Assembly (NCBI GenBank): GCA_900617105.1 | Contig: UYFQ01000363.1 | Location: 62,001 to 119,925 of the forward strand | Source: Hydrurus foetidus | Taxonomy: Eukaryota | DNA length: 57,925 bases | Direction of reading: 5' to 3' | In this document: positions 10,141 to 39,009 of the stretch, in pieces | How the letters are laid out: each line of letters begins with the position of its first letter | Numbering within the stretch: position 1 is the first letter of the stretch | Program-made: the position numbers and the translations under genes | The notes under the pieces: generated by a model | Database searches by the model: none | Seen by the model: the letters and a program-made list of their open reading frames with translations, nothing else | Told to the model about the DNA's origin: nothing

Positions 10141-11340
10141 ATGAAGTTCTTTCTTGCCGGCATCGCCGTTATTTTGGGGAGCTGCTCCGCATTCTCACCG
10201 GCCGCCTCCTCTCCTCGAGTTGCTCAACGTGCTTTGAGCATGGTTGTTGCCAAAAAAGACAGTTATACCATTACTCTCCTACCAGGTGATGGAATCGGAC
10301 CCGAAATATTACAGGCGACCATACCTGTACTTGATGCAATCGCAGCCAAAAAAGGTTTTAAATTCATCTTTCGGGAGGCCGACGTCGGCGGTATTGCAAT
10401 TGACAGACACAACGACCCCTTCCCTCCTGTAACCTACGAAAGTTGCATTACTGCGGACTCTGTTCTTCTTGCATGTATTGGTGGTTACAAGTGGGACGGC
10501 AATCCTCGCGAATTGAGGCCCGAAACTGGTCTTTTGAAGATGCGCAAAAGTATGGGACTGTTCGCAAACCTTAGACCAGCGAAAGTTATTCCCCAGCTTA
10601 TTGATGCCTCGACTCTCAAACGCGAGGTGATTGAGGGTGTTGATATCATGGTAGTCAGAGAGCTCACAGGAGGAATATATTTCGGTCTTCCAAACAGTAT
10701 TGTCGTTGAGGATGGTGTGCGAAAAGGCATTAGTACAGGTGTTTACACTGAACCCGAAATCGAGAGAATAACCCGAGTTGCTTTGAATGTTGCCATGAAA
10801 CGCAAGAGCAGACTGTGCTCTGTCGACAAAGCCAACGTGCTAGAGGTTTCTCAACTGTGGAGAGAAGTAGTGATCAAGACCGCGAAGGAGGCCCCTTCTG
10901 TAGAACTGTCTCACATGTATGTTGACAACTGCGCGATGCAGCTTATTAGATACCCCAAGCAGTTTGACACAATCGTGTGCGGCAATATGTTCGGTGACAT
11001 CCTCTCCGATGAGGCCTCCATGCTCGTTGGATCTCTTGGTATGCTTCCATCAGCGTCCCTTGGCGAGCCAACCGGTCCTGGTGTGTTCGAACCTTGCCAC
11101 GGATCAGCACCAGACATCGCAGGAAAGGACTTGGCGAATCCTCTCGCACAGATTCTCTCCGCAGCAATGATGCTCAGATACGATCTCAATAGGCCAGAGG
11201 AGGCAGACATGATAGAGCAAGCAGTCGAGGCGGTGCTGAACAAAGGTATCCGCACCGGTGACATTAAGCAAGACGGATGCACTCTAGTGGGATGCAAGAG
11301 AATGGGTGAGGAAGTCGTGATCGCTATCAATGAAATGTAA
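10141..11340 (+). CDS. leuB: 3-isopropylmalate dehydrogenase, plastid-targeted
   Basis: [58 protein letters not shown]-terminal signal peptide ending in SA|FSP (ASAFAP-type), then a Ser/Arg-rich transit peptide. Confidence 0.97.
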   Translation: MKFFLAGIAVILGSCSAFSPAASSPRVAQRALSMVVAKKDSYTITLLPGDGIGPEILQATIPVLDAIAAKKGFKFIFREADVGGIAIDRHNDPFPPVTYESCITADSVLLACIGGYKWDGNPRELRPETGLLKMRKSMGLFANLRPAKVIPQLIDASTLKREVIEGVDIMVVRELTGGIYFGLPNSIVVEDGVRKGISTGVYTEPEIERITRVALNVAMKRKSRLCSVDKANVLEVSQLWREVVIKTAKEAPSVELSHMYVDNCAMQLIRYPKQFDTIVCGNMFGDILSDEASMLVGSLGMLPSASLGEPTGPGVFEPCHGSAPDIAGKDLANPLAQILSAAMMLRYDLNRPEEADMIEQAVEAVLNKGIRTGDIKQDGCTLVGCKRMGEEVVIAINEM

Positions 11341-11553
11341 ATTGAGCGAGATTAAGCCTTTTATTATCTTCAGTGCTGCTTATTGACATGCATGTGTTTT
11401 GGGCGACTAATAAGACTTTCAGTCGAAATTTGCAAAGAAGAAAAATGTCCATGTGAAACTTAACAAACTTTTTTTTTCGGGTTAATGCAACTCATCTCGT
11501 TGGAAGTCTGTTGAGATTGGTCGGTTTCGAATAAACAATTGATTTAATTTATA

Positions 11554-13599
11554 TTACACGGACAAATCTTCGAAATTACTTTTCAAGACGCGTAGAAGAT
11601 CATCGCATAAATCGTCAAACAAAACACAATCCGGTAAAATAGTTTTATCCTTTAACAAGTAAACCTCCTCAGTCAGCGAACCCTTTGTATTTGCAGAACT
11701 TTTCACAACAATATAAGTGCCTTCGAGTTTTTCACTCGTAGCACCACCTCCCACAGAATTGCAGTCGGAGGAAAGGCAAGACAAATCCTGGGGTTTCGAA
11801 GGTCTGTTCTTGTCGTGTTTAACACCGCTGACGTGCTGCTCAAAGCATTCACCGCTGTCTGCTGATGCAGTGCACCCATCCTCTGTTGACACTTGGTCAC
11901 TCAGTCCTAGTGCTCTTGATGTCCATCCCCAGAAAGTGCCGCTACCCACATTGAAGTTAGGAATAGGAATGTTAGGAACATTCGACGACGAACCTTCTCC
12001 GAAGAATATTCTGAACCCTCCATCTCCTCCTCCGGCAGATGGGGTCTTAGAAAAAGCTTTCCTGCTGCGTACGTTAGATGTACCTCTCTGCACCTCTCCA
12101 TCTGTCGTTTTACGCGCACTGTTCACTATGTTTACGAAGACAGTGCGATGTAGCTGCAACGCGATTTTGGGAGAAATCTGATCCCAAATACTGGGCGATT
12201 GATGGCCATTAGAAATGCAGTTAGAATTGATCTCAGTCCCCACAGGGTCAGAAGTTACTGGCGTGGCATCATCAATGCAGTTGATGTCAGGTTTTTGAGA
12301 CGATGTCGGTCTGTCGAGTGCAGGACGCATCGACACCCCCACGACCTCAAACAACCTCACCAAACAATCTCTCATAATCATGATAGCAGCAGCCCACAGC
12401 ACCTCACTTGAAGTATCAAGATCGTGGCGGAACAGTTCTTTGTAGGCGCAGACAGAGTTGGTGAAGCACAGCACCTCGTATGTCGAGGAACAGTCATTTC
12501 GGATTTCACGCAAATACGTCCTAGAAAATTTCCGTTGCCTTCCTAAGCTTGCTGCTTGAACGCTGCTGCGTATATAATCATTGTCCGATATTTTGTTCCT
12601 GAAATCACTAGATTGTTCCGAATCAGGACGACGGTAAATTTCAAAGCAGTCATCAGACGTGGAGAGTTTATCCTGTTGGTTTCGAGCAGGGAATCTGAGA
12701 TCTCTCGTGATACCGCATCGTGTAAGAGACTGCAATACTTTATCGCACTCTAAATAGGGAGTAAGTCCAGATTGCATCCTCTTTGATCGCGTACCAGCTT
12801 CATCGCATATAATTACTTCGGCCATGCCTATGACGTCATTATCTGCTGTCAGAGCTGCTCTAAGGTTGATCTCATCAATCCATCTATTTTGCTCTGACAA
12901 TGATGGGGCTATAAAGGAGTGCTGCCCGAGACTAGATTGGATTATTATAGCTCCGTGGCAGTCGAGAGAATAAGCTCTACTTTGAACTTTCGTGCTGCTA
13001 TCTAAATTGATAGATGATGCTCTAGGAACCCGAAGTCTGTCGTGCGCACACCAGAGTTTGTCCGTTAGTACACAATAGCGCTGTTGCCATACATTCGGGT
13101 CTTTCTGCGATCTTCGTAGTAAATATCCACCGATGTCAGCTTGTTTTATGCAGGATAGATCATTTAGTGAGATCTCATCATCATCTTCCGATGAGTCATC
13201 CCCTGTAAGATCGCAAGCTTCCCCCAGTTCAAGTGGTAAGCTACGTACATCTTTGAAGAACCATCTCACAGATGTCTCCTTGATTGGGTGCCTAGCCTGT
13301 AGCTTATTTTGAAGCTGAACTTGAGAGCTCAAGACTAAGTCCTGTGGTTGAAGTGTTTTGACGCAATGGCGCGTGCTGTTTCTACGAGAAGCATTTGAAC
13401 CTGTGATAACCAAAACCAGCTTGAAGTGCTGCTGATCTTCTGTACATATCTCTGTCTTGTTAAAAATTGTCTCAAGCAGATCAGATGTAGTTGTCTCTGT
13501 CGTTACTTCTAGGATGGTGTTTGTTGATCGGGTATCGTACAGGCTTACATTTAAAAGTTGGGTCGATTCTTCAGACGCTGCAATATCGGGGTTGTTCAT
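11554..13599 (-). CDS. PH-domain protein with possible N-terminal ubiquitin-like/RA fold
   Basis: Intronless 681 aa. GYLLRRS....WQQRYCVL ... FIAPSLSEQNRWIDEI is a PH signature. 'LEVTTETTTSDLL' resembles the start of an RA/FERM domain. Confidence 0.7.
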   Translation of the reverse strand: MNNPDIAASEESTQLLNVSLYDTRSTNTILEVTTETTTSDLLETIFNKTEICTEDQQHFKLVLVITGSNASRRNSTRHCVKTLQPQDLVLSSQVQLQNKLQARHPIKETSVRWFFKDVRSLPLELGEACDLTGDDSSEDDDEISLNDLSCIKQADIGGYLLRRSQKDPNVWQQRYCVLTDKLWCAHDRLRVPRASSINLDSSTKVQSRAYSLDCHGAIIIQSSLGQHSFIAPSLSEQNRWIDEINLRAALTADNDVIGMAEVIICDEAGTRSKRMQSGLTPYLECDKVLQSLTRCGITRDLRFPARNQQDKLSTSDDCFEIYRRPDSEQSSDFRNKISDNDYIRSSVQAASLGRQRKFSRTYLREIRNDCSSTYEVLCFTNSVCAYKELFRHDLDTSSEVLWAAAIMIMRDCLVRLFEVVGVSMRPALDRPTSSQKPDINCIDDATPVTSDPVGTEINSNCISNGHQSPSIWDQISPKIALQLHRTVFVNIVNSARKTTDGEVQRGTSNVRSRKAFSKTPSAGGGDGGFRIFFGEGSSSNVPNIPIPNFNVGSGTFWGWTSRALGLSDQVSTEDGCTASADSGECFEQHVSGVKHDKNRPSKPQDLSCLSSDCNSVGGGATSEKLEGTYIVVKSSANTKGSLTEEVYLLKDKTILPDCVLFDDLCDDLLRVLKSNFEDLSV

Positions 13600-14288
13600 T
13601 ACAGGTTTTAACCATGCGTGACTCTGAAGCTAACTGCATGAAGCTCCATTTCTGTCTGTAAAGGTGGAAGTAGCAGTGCCTTCGTGAACTTCATAGGAGT
13701 ATTAGAAGTATGTGATGTGCAACTAAAATATGGAAAATGCAACTATTTGATTGAATTGAAACTTCTTTTTTAATTAAATCTGTAGACATCACTATGAGTA
13801 AAACGTGATTTCCTGAACGATTCGATTGCATCGCTGCCAACTAATTAATCTCATCAGCAAGTACGAGCATAGTCTACTGAATTGTCGCCGGACAGTATTC
13901 TGTATTCTTCAGTAGACTGAGAGATCTAACTGCTCCAGATTATGTACCACGTAATGCAGCCCTACAACAGATTATGCCCCATATAAAAAATCCAATTTGG
14001 AAACACAATCATTTTATCTTCCCGTAGGCGGTCAGATAATGCCATTAAGTAAGGCAGTATGACTCCTCTGGGAAGACAAGTCTAAAAGGCCCCGAAGCCA
14101 GCTAGCACCCCAAACGTTATATTCAGTGTGGCAGTTACTGTGTGGCAATACCCGTCCTCAATATTTGGTGTGTGAAGTGAACACAAACATCAAATATCAA
14201 ATATGATGCCAATCTTGTCATAGACATCAACGACAGGAGTAGCTATAGGTCTAATAATCTGAAGAGAGATTCTGGCCTCTAACGTAAA

Positions 14289-29894
<15,606 letters not shown>

Positions 29895-31143
29895 CATAGC
29901 ATGGCTTTGTCTAGACTATTCTAATCTAGACTATCCTATTCTGGCTTTGCCTTGACTAGCTAAGTGTGGTAGGTCCAGCACCATTACAACTTGCAGCGCG
30001 CAGAGCAGTATGTTACGTGCAATACAATACAGTACAGTACAGTCGATACGCCTACCTGCCTCTCCCACACACATTCATATCAGATAATGTTCGATACAGT
30101 AAACTAAGTAAATGACGTAAAATGCAGTACAGTACAGTACGGTACGGCACAGTACAGTACAGCAGCAGTACAATGGCACTGATAATTAATATTTACATTA
30201 CATGCTATCCAGAGCCCTTTTGGGTTGCATCTCTTTCTTCTCTGTTATGTGTTAGCTGATAATTCCCATTATTTTCTGATTGATTGTAGAGACTGTTCAG
30301 TTGACGGTCTTCTTCCCTGTTTTCTTTTTTCTTTTTTATTATCATCATATTCCTTTTCAATTCAATTCTTTTCTTTGCGTAGAGCAGGGCAACTAAAAGT
30401 TATGTCCGTGCGTCCGTCCGTCTTGTCCACTGATTAGCAATCACCGCGTGTTCCATGCCGTTAGTGTTTAGTATGCCGCATACCGATCACTAACTTTAAC
30501 TCGGTCATAGAACTAAATACTAAATCGCGTACATTCCTACCAAATGCACTTTTCCAAACATTTCATCCGATGGTGATCAGATCTTATCGATGGTCGCTGC
30601 AGCGGTCCATCTGATTCAAAACGCACTGCTCTATTACTGCTCCAATCGGCAAACTGGTGAATGTCCTCTCGATGCTAGGTGTGATACGTCAGTGGACCTA
30701 GGAGGTGCAGGACCAAAAAGAGGCAGCAATATCGTGTTCAATTTCGAAATGAAGGGCGCTCATCAGAACTCGAAATAGGTGAGTTACTGAGCTTAGAGGA
30801 AAAAGAATAGATGCAAGAATGTCCGATTACAATTTGTCATTTAGCTATTTTGCTTTCCACTTCTAGGCCAAAGTGCAATGAGTGACATAAAGTGTAGAAA
30901 AATGATGAGATCTGGAAATATCTTAAATACGTCCAATTAAATTCAACACATCTAATACTGCAGTAACTTAGAATAGCAATTTTATTAAATTCAATGATGC
31001 ACAAAAGAAAATATGTGTAAATACAAATTGATACATTCATCTGCGATATAACTTTTCCTGCGTACATATTCAGTCCTTAGTGAGTCACTCTTATTCTTAA
31101 ACTCCACCAAATATACCGGAATATGACCAAAATGCATTGGAAA

Positions 31144-32209
31144 TTAAAAGGGAATGAGATCATTGAAGAGCTTGAAATGAGCGAATTTAAATGCTATGTA
31201 TATAGTGGTTGCTACGACCAAGTACCGACCAACAAAAGTGTCTCCACTTTCTAACAACCCTCTGATACCTCCTAACACATCGCCATAGAACTTCAGCACA
31301 AGTCCCACTCTTTCTCCAGGACTGTTGTTCGGCAGTTTTTTCAACGCGTTTCCAACAAACCTAGTCGGCATTCCTGTGATGGCGTCAGCATAGATAAACA
31401 GAATCGACAGAATCTTTGTACTACCAAGAAGAATGAAATTAGAAGCTATTGCGAATATTGTTCCTGCTAAGAATGTTTCCACTGTTTCGTGAAGAGGCAA
31501 GATCCAGGTCAGGCCTTTCTTCTGAATAAAAGGGAGAACGGCTTCGTACAGAAAAGATTCAAGGACGCACAGCTCCAAACGAATTCTAAGCAGTACACTA
31601 GCAATAAGTGGCCCATACTCTATGACATTTTCCTGTCCAACCAAAGAATTCGCTGTTATCTTGAGAACTTGATAGACGCCGTCAGATGCGGGGCAAACAG
31701 GTTGGAATTGTGACGGGTCAAAGATATTCTTATTCGCAACTGCTGCTGCCAGTGGTACTACTGTGCTGGCAATAGCCTCGCCATGCGGCATGCTGAAATA
31801 TGCTACTAGTGGTATGGCAATCATCTGTAAAATTACCGACAAGATTGATACTGTTAGCAGCAAACCTATTTAGACAGTGATGTTCAAAGGCGTGAATTGC
31901 AGATTTGCAGACACTGTATAGACCCACTTATGAGTCAGGGTTACGTACCGCTCCTACGATGGCTAAATTTATGTTATCTGTTTTCTGGCTGCTGCCACTG
32001 ATGTTGGTGACTTCGTCATCAGGTAAACGATCGTCTATGACGAACTTCTGCGATGACCTTGGAGGACTCATTTGCTGATAAATCTTCACATTCTCAGTCC
32101 TTAACGAGCAGCCATGAGTTTTCACGAAAAGTGACGATGGAGGAACATACGCTAGGGTTATTGTGGAGAATGCACACTGTGCGATGACCCAAAGCAGGGG
32201 CCACACCAT
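31144..32209 (-). CDS. Conserved algal membrane protein, probably plastid-targeted (2 exons)
   Basis: Signal peptide ending LA|YVP, then a transit-like region. Intron ~31864-31929. Core FQPVCPASDG.Y...GPLIA..LLRIRLELC..ESF..EAV.PFI...GL.WILPLHETVETFLAG with several TM segments. Confidence 0.65.
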
Positions 32210-32528
32210 AACTGGCTTTGAGGCGATTGAATTCGCGGTTCAGCGTCTGAAACAGACGCGGTTGAAGTCGCAACGATTGCTGCAACGCTTTCGAAAAACC
32301 TCACAGAATATCTCTTCTTTTAATAGTTGGTTGTTACGGTAGGTATCTGTTAGAGTAGGATACTTCTTGCAAACGTCAAGCTGCTTTTCCTGTAGACTGT
32401 AGACTGTATGCGATATACGACCAATTCAACTCGAAGTTAGTTCACTTCATTTGGGCGTGGGGTTTTCAGTGCTAATCAAAAGTCAAAAGCACTTCATTAC
32501 AGTTGGCCAGGTGCCTAAAAGACATCGG

Positions 32529-35390
32529 ATGTACTTTGCTACAGTTGTTGTAACGCTGATAGTTGCAATTGGCGATGGTTTCACCGTCGGCGGCATTGCA
32601 AGATACGATTTTAAGTCAGGAGCAAGCAGATTTATGAATTTAAGAGATTCTGGCACACGAAAACACTCAGTGATAGAATCGTTTTCTCCTGAAGCCGGTG
32701 ATGAATCCGGATCAGTACATCTTCAGTTAAACAAAGACAGTCAACAGAGCGATGCTGATGCCTCTGCGGTTACAACGGACGATGCAGAGGATATGAACGT
32801 TATAATTGAGTATATTAGATGTAACGACAGTGCAGTTGTACTCGCAGCAGTTGCAACCCAGACTCCTTACAATCTGGAGCTCTTCTCACTCCATGTTTTT
32901 GGATCTAACTACTCTACAGTTGAGGGGATGAAGCTTAATATGGTGAGCGATCTTTACTGACGCGTGGGTCTACAAGTACCCCATGCGAACACCCAGATAC
33001 CATCACATACAGAAATCACTTTGTAACTCTACCCAACAACTGCGACCACAATTCACAACTTTTTCCCCACTTTTTTTTTAAGTCTATTCAGTTTATGGCC
33101 ATAAATTCTGTGATGTATCAATTACTTCATGTTCCTGCTTCATATTTGGGGAGTACTTTATCGTTATGCAGTCATAATAATGTTCCAAAACCACATCTTC
33201 AATGATCGCTAACTCTGCTGATTAAATGATTGTACGCATTCTGCAGAAAACGATCAATTTAAGAGACACAGAGGATGTTAAAGTTTACGAAGTTCTTTGG
33301 AGACAAGGATTGTTATTGTCGCCCGATACCCACTTCCCAACTTTTGAAACTAAAAAAGATCGAATTAGCCCCGGCCCAGAAATTTTAAAAGGACAAGTGA
33401 CGTCACTCGTGAGAAGATTCAAAGTAAGAATGTTCTGAATGTTTTGAATGCTCTTGGTATTAGTCGATGGTAGTTTAATGTTTTATTGACACATGGTTTA
33501 CTGTGCATTGATTTCACTGCGCATTGATTTTACTGCGCGTTAATTACTATCTAAGCTGCACTTTACTTCTTCTTATTTGATAGAGTATATTAGATGGCAT
33601 GAAAAGGGATGAAGAGGTCTTCACTGATTTCTTAATATCAAATGACCTCATGAAATTCCAACGAAATGAGAATTTGAATAGGAACGAAACTCTGGCGGTA
33701 CTGAAATCGTTCGCTGTATGGTAAGTGCAAATATTCTGAGGAAAGAAATTGCATCGAACTAGTCAATTTTATGTGTTAGCAAGATTCGATATTTCCTGAT
33801 AGGTTTAAAGCTGAATTTCCGTATTATTACGAGAAATGTTCTCACTGTAATAAAGTGGGAGGAAACACCTTTTATGGCCACGTCATCCCGACACAGGCGG
33901 AACAAAAATATGAAGCAGGTAAAAGCAGTGTGTACGTACGTGTGTGTGTGTGTATATATATGTATGTACGTGCGTGTGTTCATTATTAAGTATTCGCAAT
34001 GCATTGATGACACTTCCAAGATGAGAGATGAGAGATGAGAGATGATTGGTTCATTAGTTCTCAGCTGCATACGAGATGGAACCAGTTTCAATCTTTAGCT
34101 CATGCAACCTAACACTTTCATTGAATCAAATCAAATCAAATCAAATCAAATCAAATCATTCAGATTGATTGATTCGTCACTATTTTCGCAGAAGAGAATA
34201 TTCCGCAGAGAACTTTATCTAATTGTTCACATCTCACCTCCTACTTTTTTCGATTTAAGAATTTCATTGATTTAGTAACCTCAACAATCGTAACATTTAA
34301 TTCCCAACATTTCTACAGTCTTAATCGTTATTTTCATTATTTTCTATTTCAGGTCGTACAGAGCTGTATCATTGTTCGAACGCATCGTGCCTTTTGACTT
34401 TCCGATTTCCGAGATACAATGACGTCAGCAAGGTTGGTTAGCAAGAGACAATTCATCGTGTCAAGATATGTATTAGTTTTCCAGCTATCAGAAATGTAAA
34501 CGTGTAAGGACACACATGTTATCTGTAATCATCTGCGTAACAAATAGCAATAATCTGCGAGAAATATGATCCCGTGCCATATGAAATGAACTGAGATGAA
34601 ATGCAATGAAATAATGATTACTCTGTCGTACGATCATTTGATGCGGAGAGGCGCTCTCTATTCGTTAGAAGGAGATTACTTCATGCAATACCTCAACTTT
34701 ATTTAGTGTACAAGCGGACAGTTTCGTTATTCCTTATCTTCGAAGATAACCGTTTCGCATTTTGCGAGAAATTGAGACAATATATAAGTCGTGAGTCAAG
34801 CACTCATAAGAAAGGAGTAATAGATGAAACTACATAAAAAGTGCAGCGACATTTCTCACTTCGCAATATAGTGTGTGTTGTTAACAGCTCTTCAATGCAG
34901 CACTATAATTGATGACTGCTCATATCATAATATAGAGATATCATATATAACAACATACGCTTTGGTCATCCAGTATACTCCGGGTTAGACAGCTTCTCAA
35001 TGAAAACTAATTAATAACGGTAAAAATCCTAAGTAAAAAGATCTGATTGATTTTACCAGCAAGCTAAATCTGTATTTTTGTTCTCCTTTTTCTGTTTTAC
35101 GGTTTCTTTGTGTAGGTGTTAGAAACACGGAAAGGACGGTGTGGGGAATACTCTGTTTTAATGCTGAGACTGTTGAAGTCTCTGGGATACGAGGGAAAGT
35201 GGGTCGTAGATTGGGCAGACCACGTAAGTACATACGTTACACCGTACATTTGATCATACGATATCTTTCAAAAGACATTTTTCCCCAACCCTCCCTACAG
35301 TAGTTCTCACCTTGTTTAATTTTTCCTTCGTCAATTTATCATATTTTTCATCTGAAAATTTTCAATTTGATTTATTTACATTGAAGTATT

Positions 35391-35457
<67 letters not shown>

Positions 35458-35461
35458 TTTT

Positions 35462-35548
<87 letters not shown>

Positions 35549-35988
35549 TCAGACTACTTCTTTCTCACCAATATTATCAATATAATTGTTACTGTACTAT
35601 TTAGGTGTGGTGTGAAGTGTACGTGCCATATGACGATGACAATTATACTTTTGGAAAAACAGAAACAAATCGTGAATTACCACAATTACCATTAGAAAAA
35701 ACAAAAATAAAAACTGTTGAAAACGAGGACAAGACTTTTTCCCCTTGGACTCACATTGATCCATGCGAAGCAGCTGTGGATGAAAATTATATTTATGAGT
35801 CGTGGGGCAAGAGTCAGAATTACATAATATCCGTGTCATCTTCCCGAGTGAAAGATGTGACTGAAAAATACACAAACCGTTTCAATGAAACTACTATTAG
35901 ACGCCTTGAAAAAGATGTACATCAAACGTACGTAGAAACTTTACTTCATTCAGCCGAAGCAGATTTGAGAAATTACACAAAATGCTAA
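32529..35988 (+). CDS. Multi-exon hypothetical protein with signal peptide
   Basis: MYFATVVVTLIVAIGDGF... followed by AG/GT-bounded exons near 33248, 33583, 33810, 34353, 35116 and 35605. Exon structure is approximate. Confidence 0.45.
35390..35549. repeat. (TTTA)n microsatellite
   Basis: Direct reading. Confidence 0.95.
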
Positions 35989-36936
35989 GCGCACTCACTT
36001 TTTTGAGTTTTCATTTTTAAAACATAAAAAAACATATAAAATTGCACCTTGGAAAATTACGTTTTAATCATTTTTCTCCATATGTCGGACTAGAAAGTAA
36101 CACATACGCGGTGCTTTTTTTATGAGCGAAGAGGTCACACCCTTTGCTCGTAAAGACAAAACGAGTTCTCAAGTTGTATTATAAATGTCTTTCACGTTTC
36201 TCAGGCACTCCACTTTGGGTAGGATATATTTGTTCCGATGCATTTACTCCGACATATTTGATCAGGCGACGCGGCTATTTTGCAGTGTGGTGTGCGTGAC
36301 TTTATCCCTTGAATGAATGGTGTATCTACAGCTCCTATGAATCTGGAGGAGGCCAAGGATTAGAGTTGACGATTGACGACATTCCGATTCATCCTCACCA
36401 ATACGTGTTATGGATATGCCTTGTTCTGCACATGGTATATACTGTAACTTCTTGTAACCGAAAACGAATAATTCGCTTGGCACAACACGCAAATCTCGAT
36501 TTTTTCGAGGAATAATTTGGAGATGAGATTTATTGCTATTTAGACTGTGGACTATGGACTTCAACATACCTCGATGGCGTTGAGCATTGGGCGATTGAAG
36601 GTGTGTGCTATCAACGCATTTGTGATAACTGCCTCAAACTAGTTGTAGGAAAGCCTTATCTCAACGAAACAATATTGAAAAATTGAGTCAAATTCCTGTG
36701 GGTGGCGGCACTGGGAATCTTGGAGATGCCAAGGAAAATGGACTGTAAACTGAAAAGAGTTTTAAGAATCTATTTGAGTACGTAGACGCTAAAGACTCAT
36801 ACGTTATCCATAGGTGAAACTGGACCCAAACCTATACTTTCATTGAAGAATGGAAATATCCCGGATATTTCTCGTATCAAATTTTCGACTGAAGTTTCTT
36901 TCAACTCGAACTCGAACTTTCAAGTTGAAAATACTT

Positions 36937-37061
36937 TATAATTTCGGAGGGGTATAAAACGCAGTTTTATCCCCATTTCTCTGACCGGACATTTCCGATT
37001 TTTAACCGATCTCACGGGCGGGCGAATAACAGCGTTTTAACCCCTCCTCACTGAAATTATA
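36937..37061. mobile_element. Small MITE-like inverted-repeat element
   Basis: ttataatttc..ggaggggtataaaacgc ... gcgttttaacccctcc..gaaattataa. Confidence 0.5.
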
Positions 37062-37210
37062 AGCGATGTTCACCACTTGGGCGTAGATCTTTTCCGTTCC
37101 TCGGGTTTTTTTTCAGTTAATTGAGCTCCTCGGGCTGCGCCCTCTGGCTCAAAATCACGAAAAAACCCTCGGCCGTAAAAGCTCAATTACGCCCTCGTGG
37201 TGAAAATAGC
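37062..37210. mobile_element. Second small MITE-like inverted-repeat element
   Basis: ttcaccacttgggcgta ... tacgccctcgtggtgaa termini, plus internal complementary gggtttttt/aaaaaaccc. Confidence 0.5.
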
Positions 37211-37287
37211 TATCAGCATCCATCTCATAGATAGACGTTACTGACTCTAACCTTACAACTAAAACGTGACATATACCCTCGCACATC

Positions 37288-38415
37288 ATGTCCGACACCT
37301 GCTGGCCCTCAATGAACTTGAGTGGGGCAGATCTAAGTTTTTTGTCGATGGAGTGTGCCGACGACAGTAGACGACGAAAACTTTCATTCGACTTAGCGGT
37401 CGAGAAAATTGACTCTGTTCATCAGCTGGTTAAAGGACTTGACAACATCTTTAAGCATAGATCGACCTGCTGGGCTACCACTCAGGCTGCTCTGACGAAG
37501 CTTTTGGAGAGCGTAAATCTATCAACTGATGAAGTCAATAAATTCACGTTCTGGGATATGGAGAAACCATACACGAGAAATTTGATATCAACAGACAACA
37601 TCAACTATACTTTGCTCTTGCTCTGTTGGAATCCTGGTAAAGAGAGTAAAATTCACAATCATCCGTGTGATGGTTGCTTCGTTAAAACCATTCGTGGATG
37701 TATTCGGGAAACTCGTTACACTGTACACGAAGCAAGTAATGAAATCAGGCTAGAACAAGTTCGATTCTTCAACGAAGGCCAGGTACTTAGTGTTCTGATG
37801 TCTGCTTGTTCAATTCGTTCTCCTCAGAGAAGGCTGAAGTATCTGACGGTCTCATTTCCATCGCCAGGTTTCATATATGAGTGACGACCTCGGCCTGCAC
37901 AAAATTGGTAAGTACCGTAGAACATCGATGTGCATTTCTGTTAGACCTTACATGGCTGCTCGGCTCTTCGGCAATTAAATTCCAATCATTGCACCGCTTT
38001 AATTTCCTAGGAAATCCTCACAAAGACACGGGGTCAGTCTCCATTCATCTTTATACGCCACCGTTCAAGTCTTGCAGCGTAAGTTCACTCGACTATCGCC
38101 ATTTGATTTCGTCTCAATCCGTGGGCTGGGCAACTACCATCGATTCTAACTTGCTTGTTGACATTGTTGTCTTCATAGGTTTGGCAAAATCATGGATTGG
38201 GCAGCTTAAACCAGGACGAGGAAGGTAAAATGGGATACTTCAGTGTCCAAGGCCACAGATCTCCACATCTAGAGGGCAGACCCGGGACCCACTCTAAAGT
38301 CATGGCAGAAGTCTTGCACTATCACAGGTCGGCACTGAAATCGAGAACACCCGTTCAGTGCGACTCAATCAATGCAGTCCGGACGAAAGGACGACTTATT
38401 TCTCAATCACCATGA
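37288..38415 (+). CDS. CDO1: Cysteine dioxygenase type 1 (4 exons)
   Basis: YTRNLI, LLLCWNPG.ES.IHNHPCDGCF (His86/His88/Cys93 equivalents), GLHK.GNP, SIHLYTPPF (Tyr157 equivalent). Introns ~37783-37868, 37908-38010, 38079-38178. Confidence 0.9.
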
Positions 38416-39009
38416 TGTATTTACTTTTTACCCCCGATTAAACTTATTGAGTTTGCAGCAAATTTTTCAACCGAGGAGAGCATTTAATGCTCACTACCGC
38501 ATTTGCCGTGGAATCAGTCTAACAATTGCGGAAACTGTAAATGTGAATTTCCATTATTGTCCGTCATTAATTCAATGTCAGCATTTTTCTTTCCTTCCAT
38601 CACGATCAAGAAAGTATCGTAAACTGAAATAAATTTCGAGTGCCGCCATACTTTATGTAAAGAAATTGGAATGCAGCACTGACTAATCGATTACAAAGCA
38701 GACGTGCGCCATAAGCTGAATCTGAGGAATAGTCGTGTGCGGTGACAAGAAATTCAGAACACTCACGAAAAATTGTGCGTTATCGTCGGATGCAAAAACA
38801 CTTTGATTTACAGACTCGGATATTCGTAATCACTCTTTCTCAAGACTAGCCGCTAAAAGTTAAAAATTGTTATTCGAGGAGTAAAGTATTTTTTATATGA
38901 ATGATCGCATAAAAATGAGTTTTAAAAGCGTATGAATGAGTTCTAATATTGCATTATGTGCTATGATCTAAATCTGCTGGAATGTGTGGCGGACTTGAGA
39001 CTTTCACGT

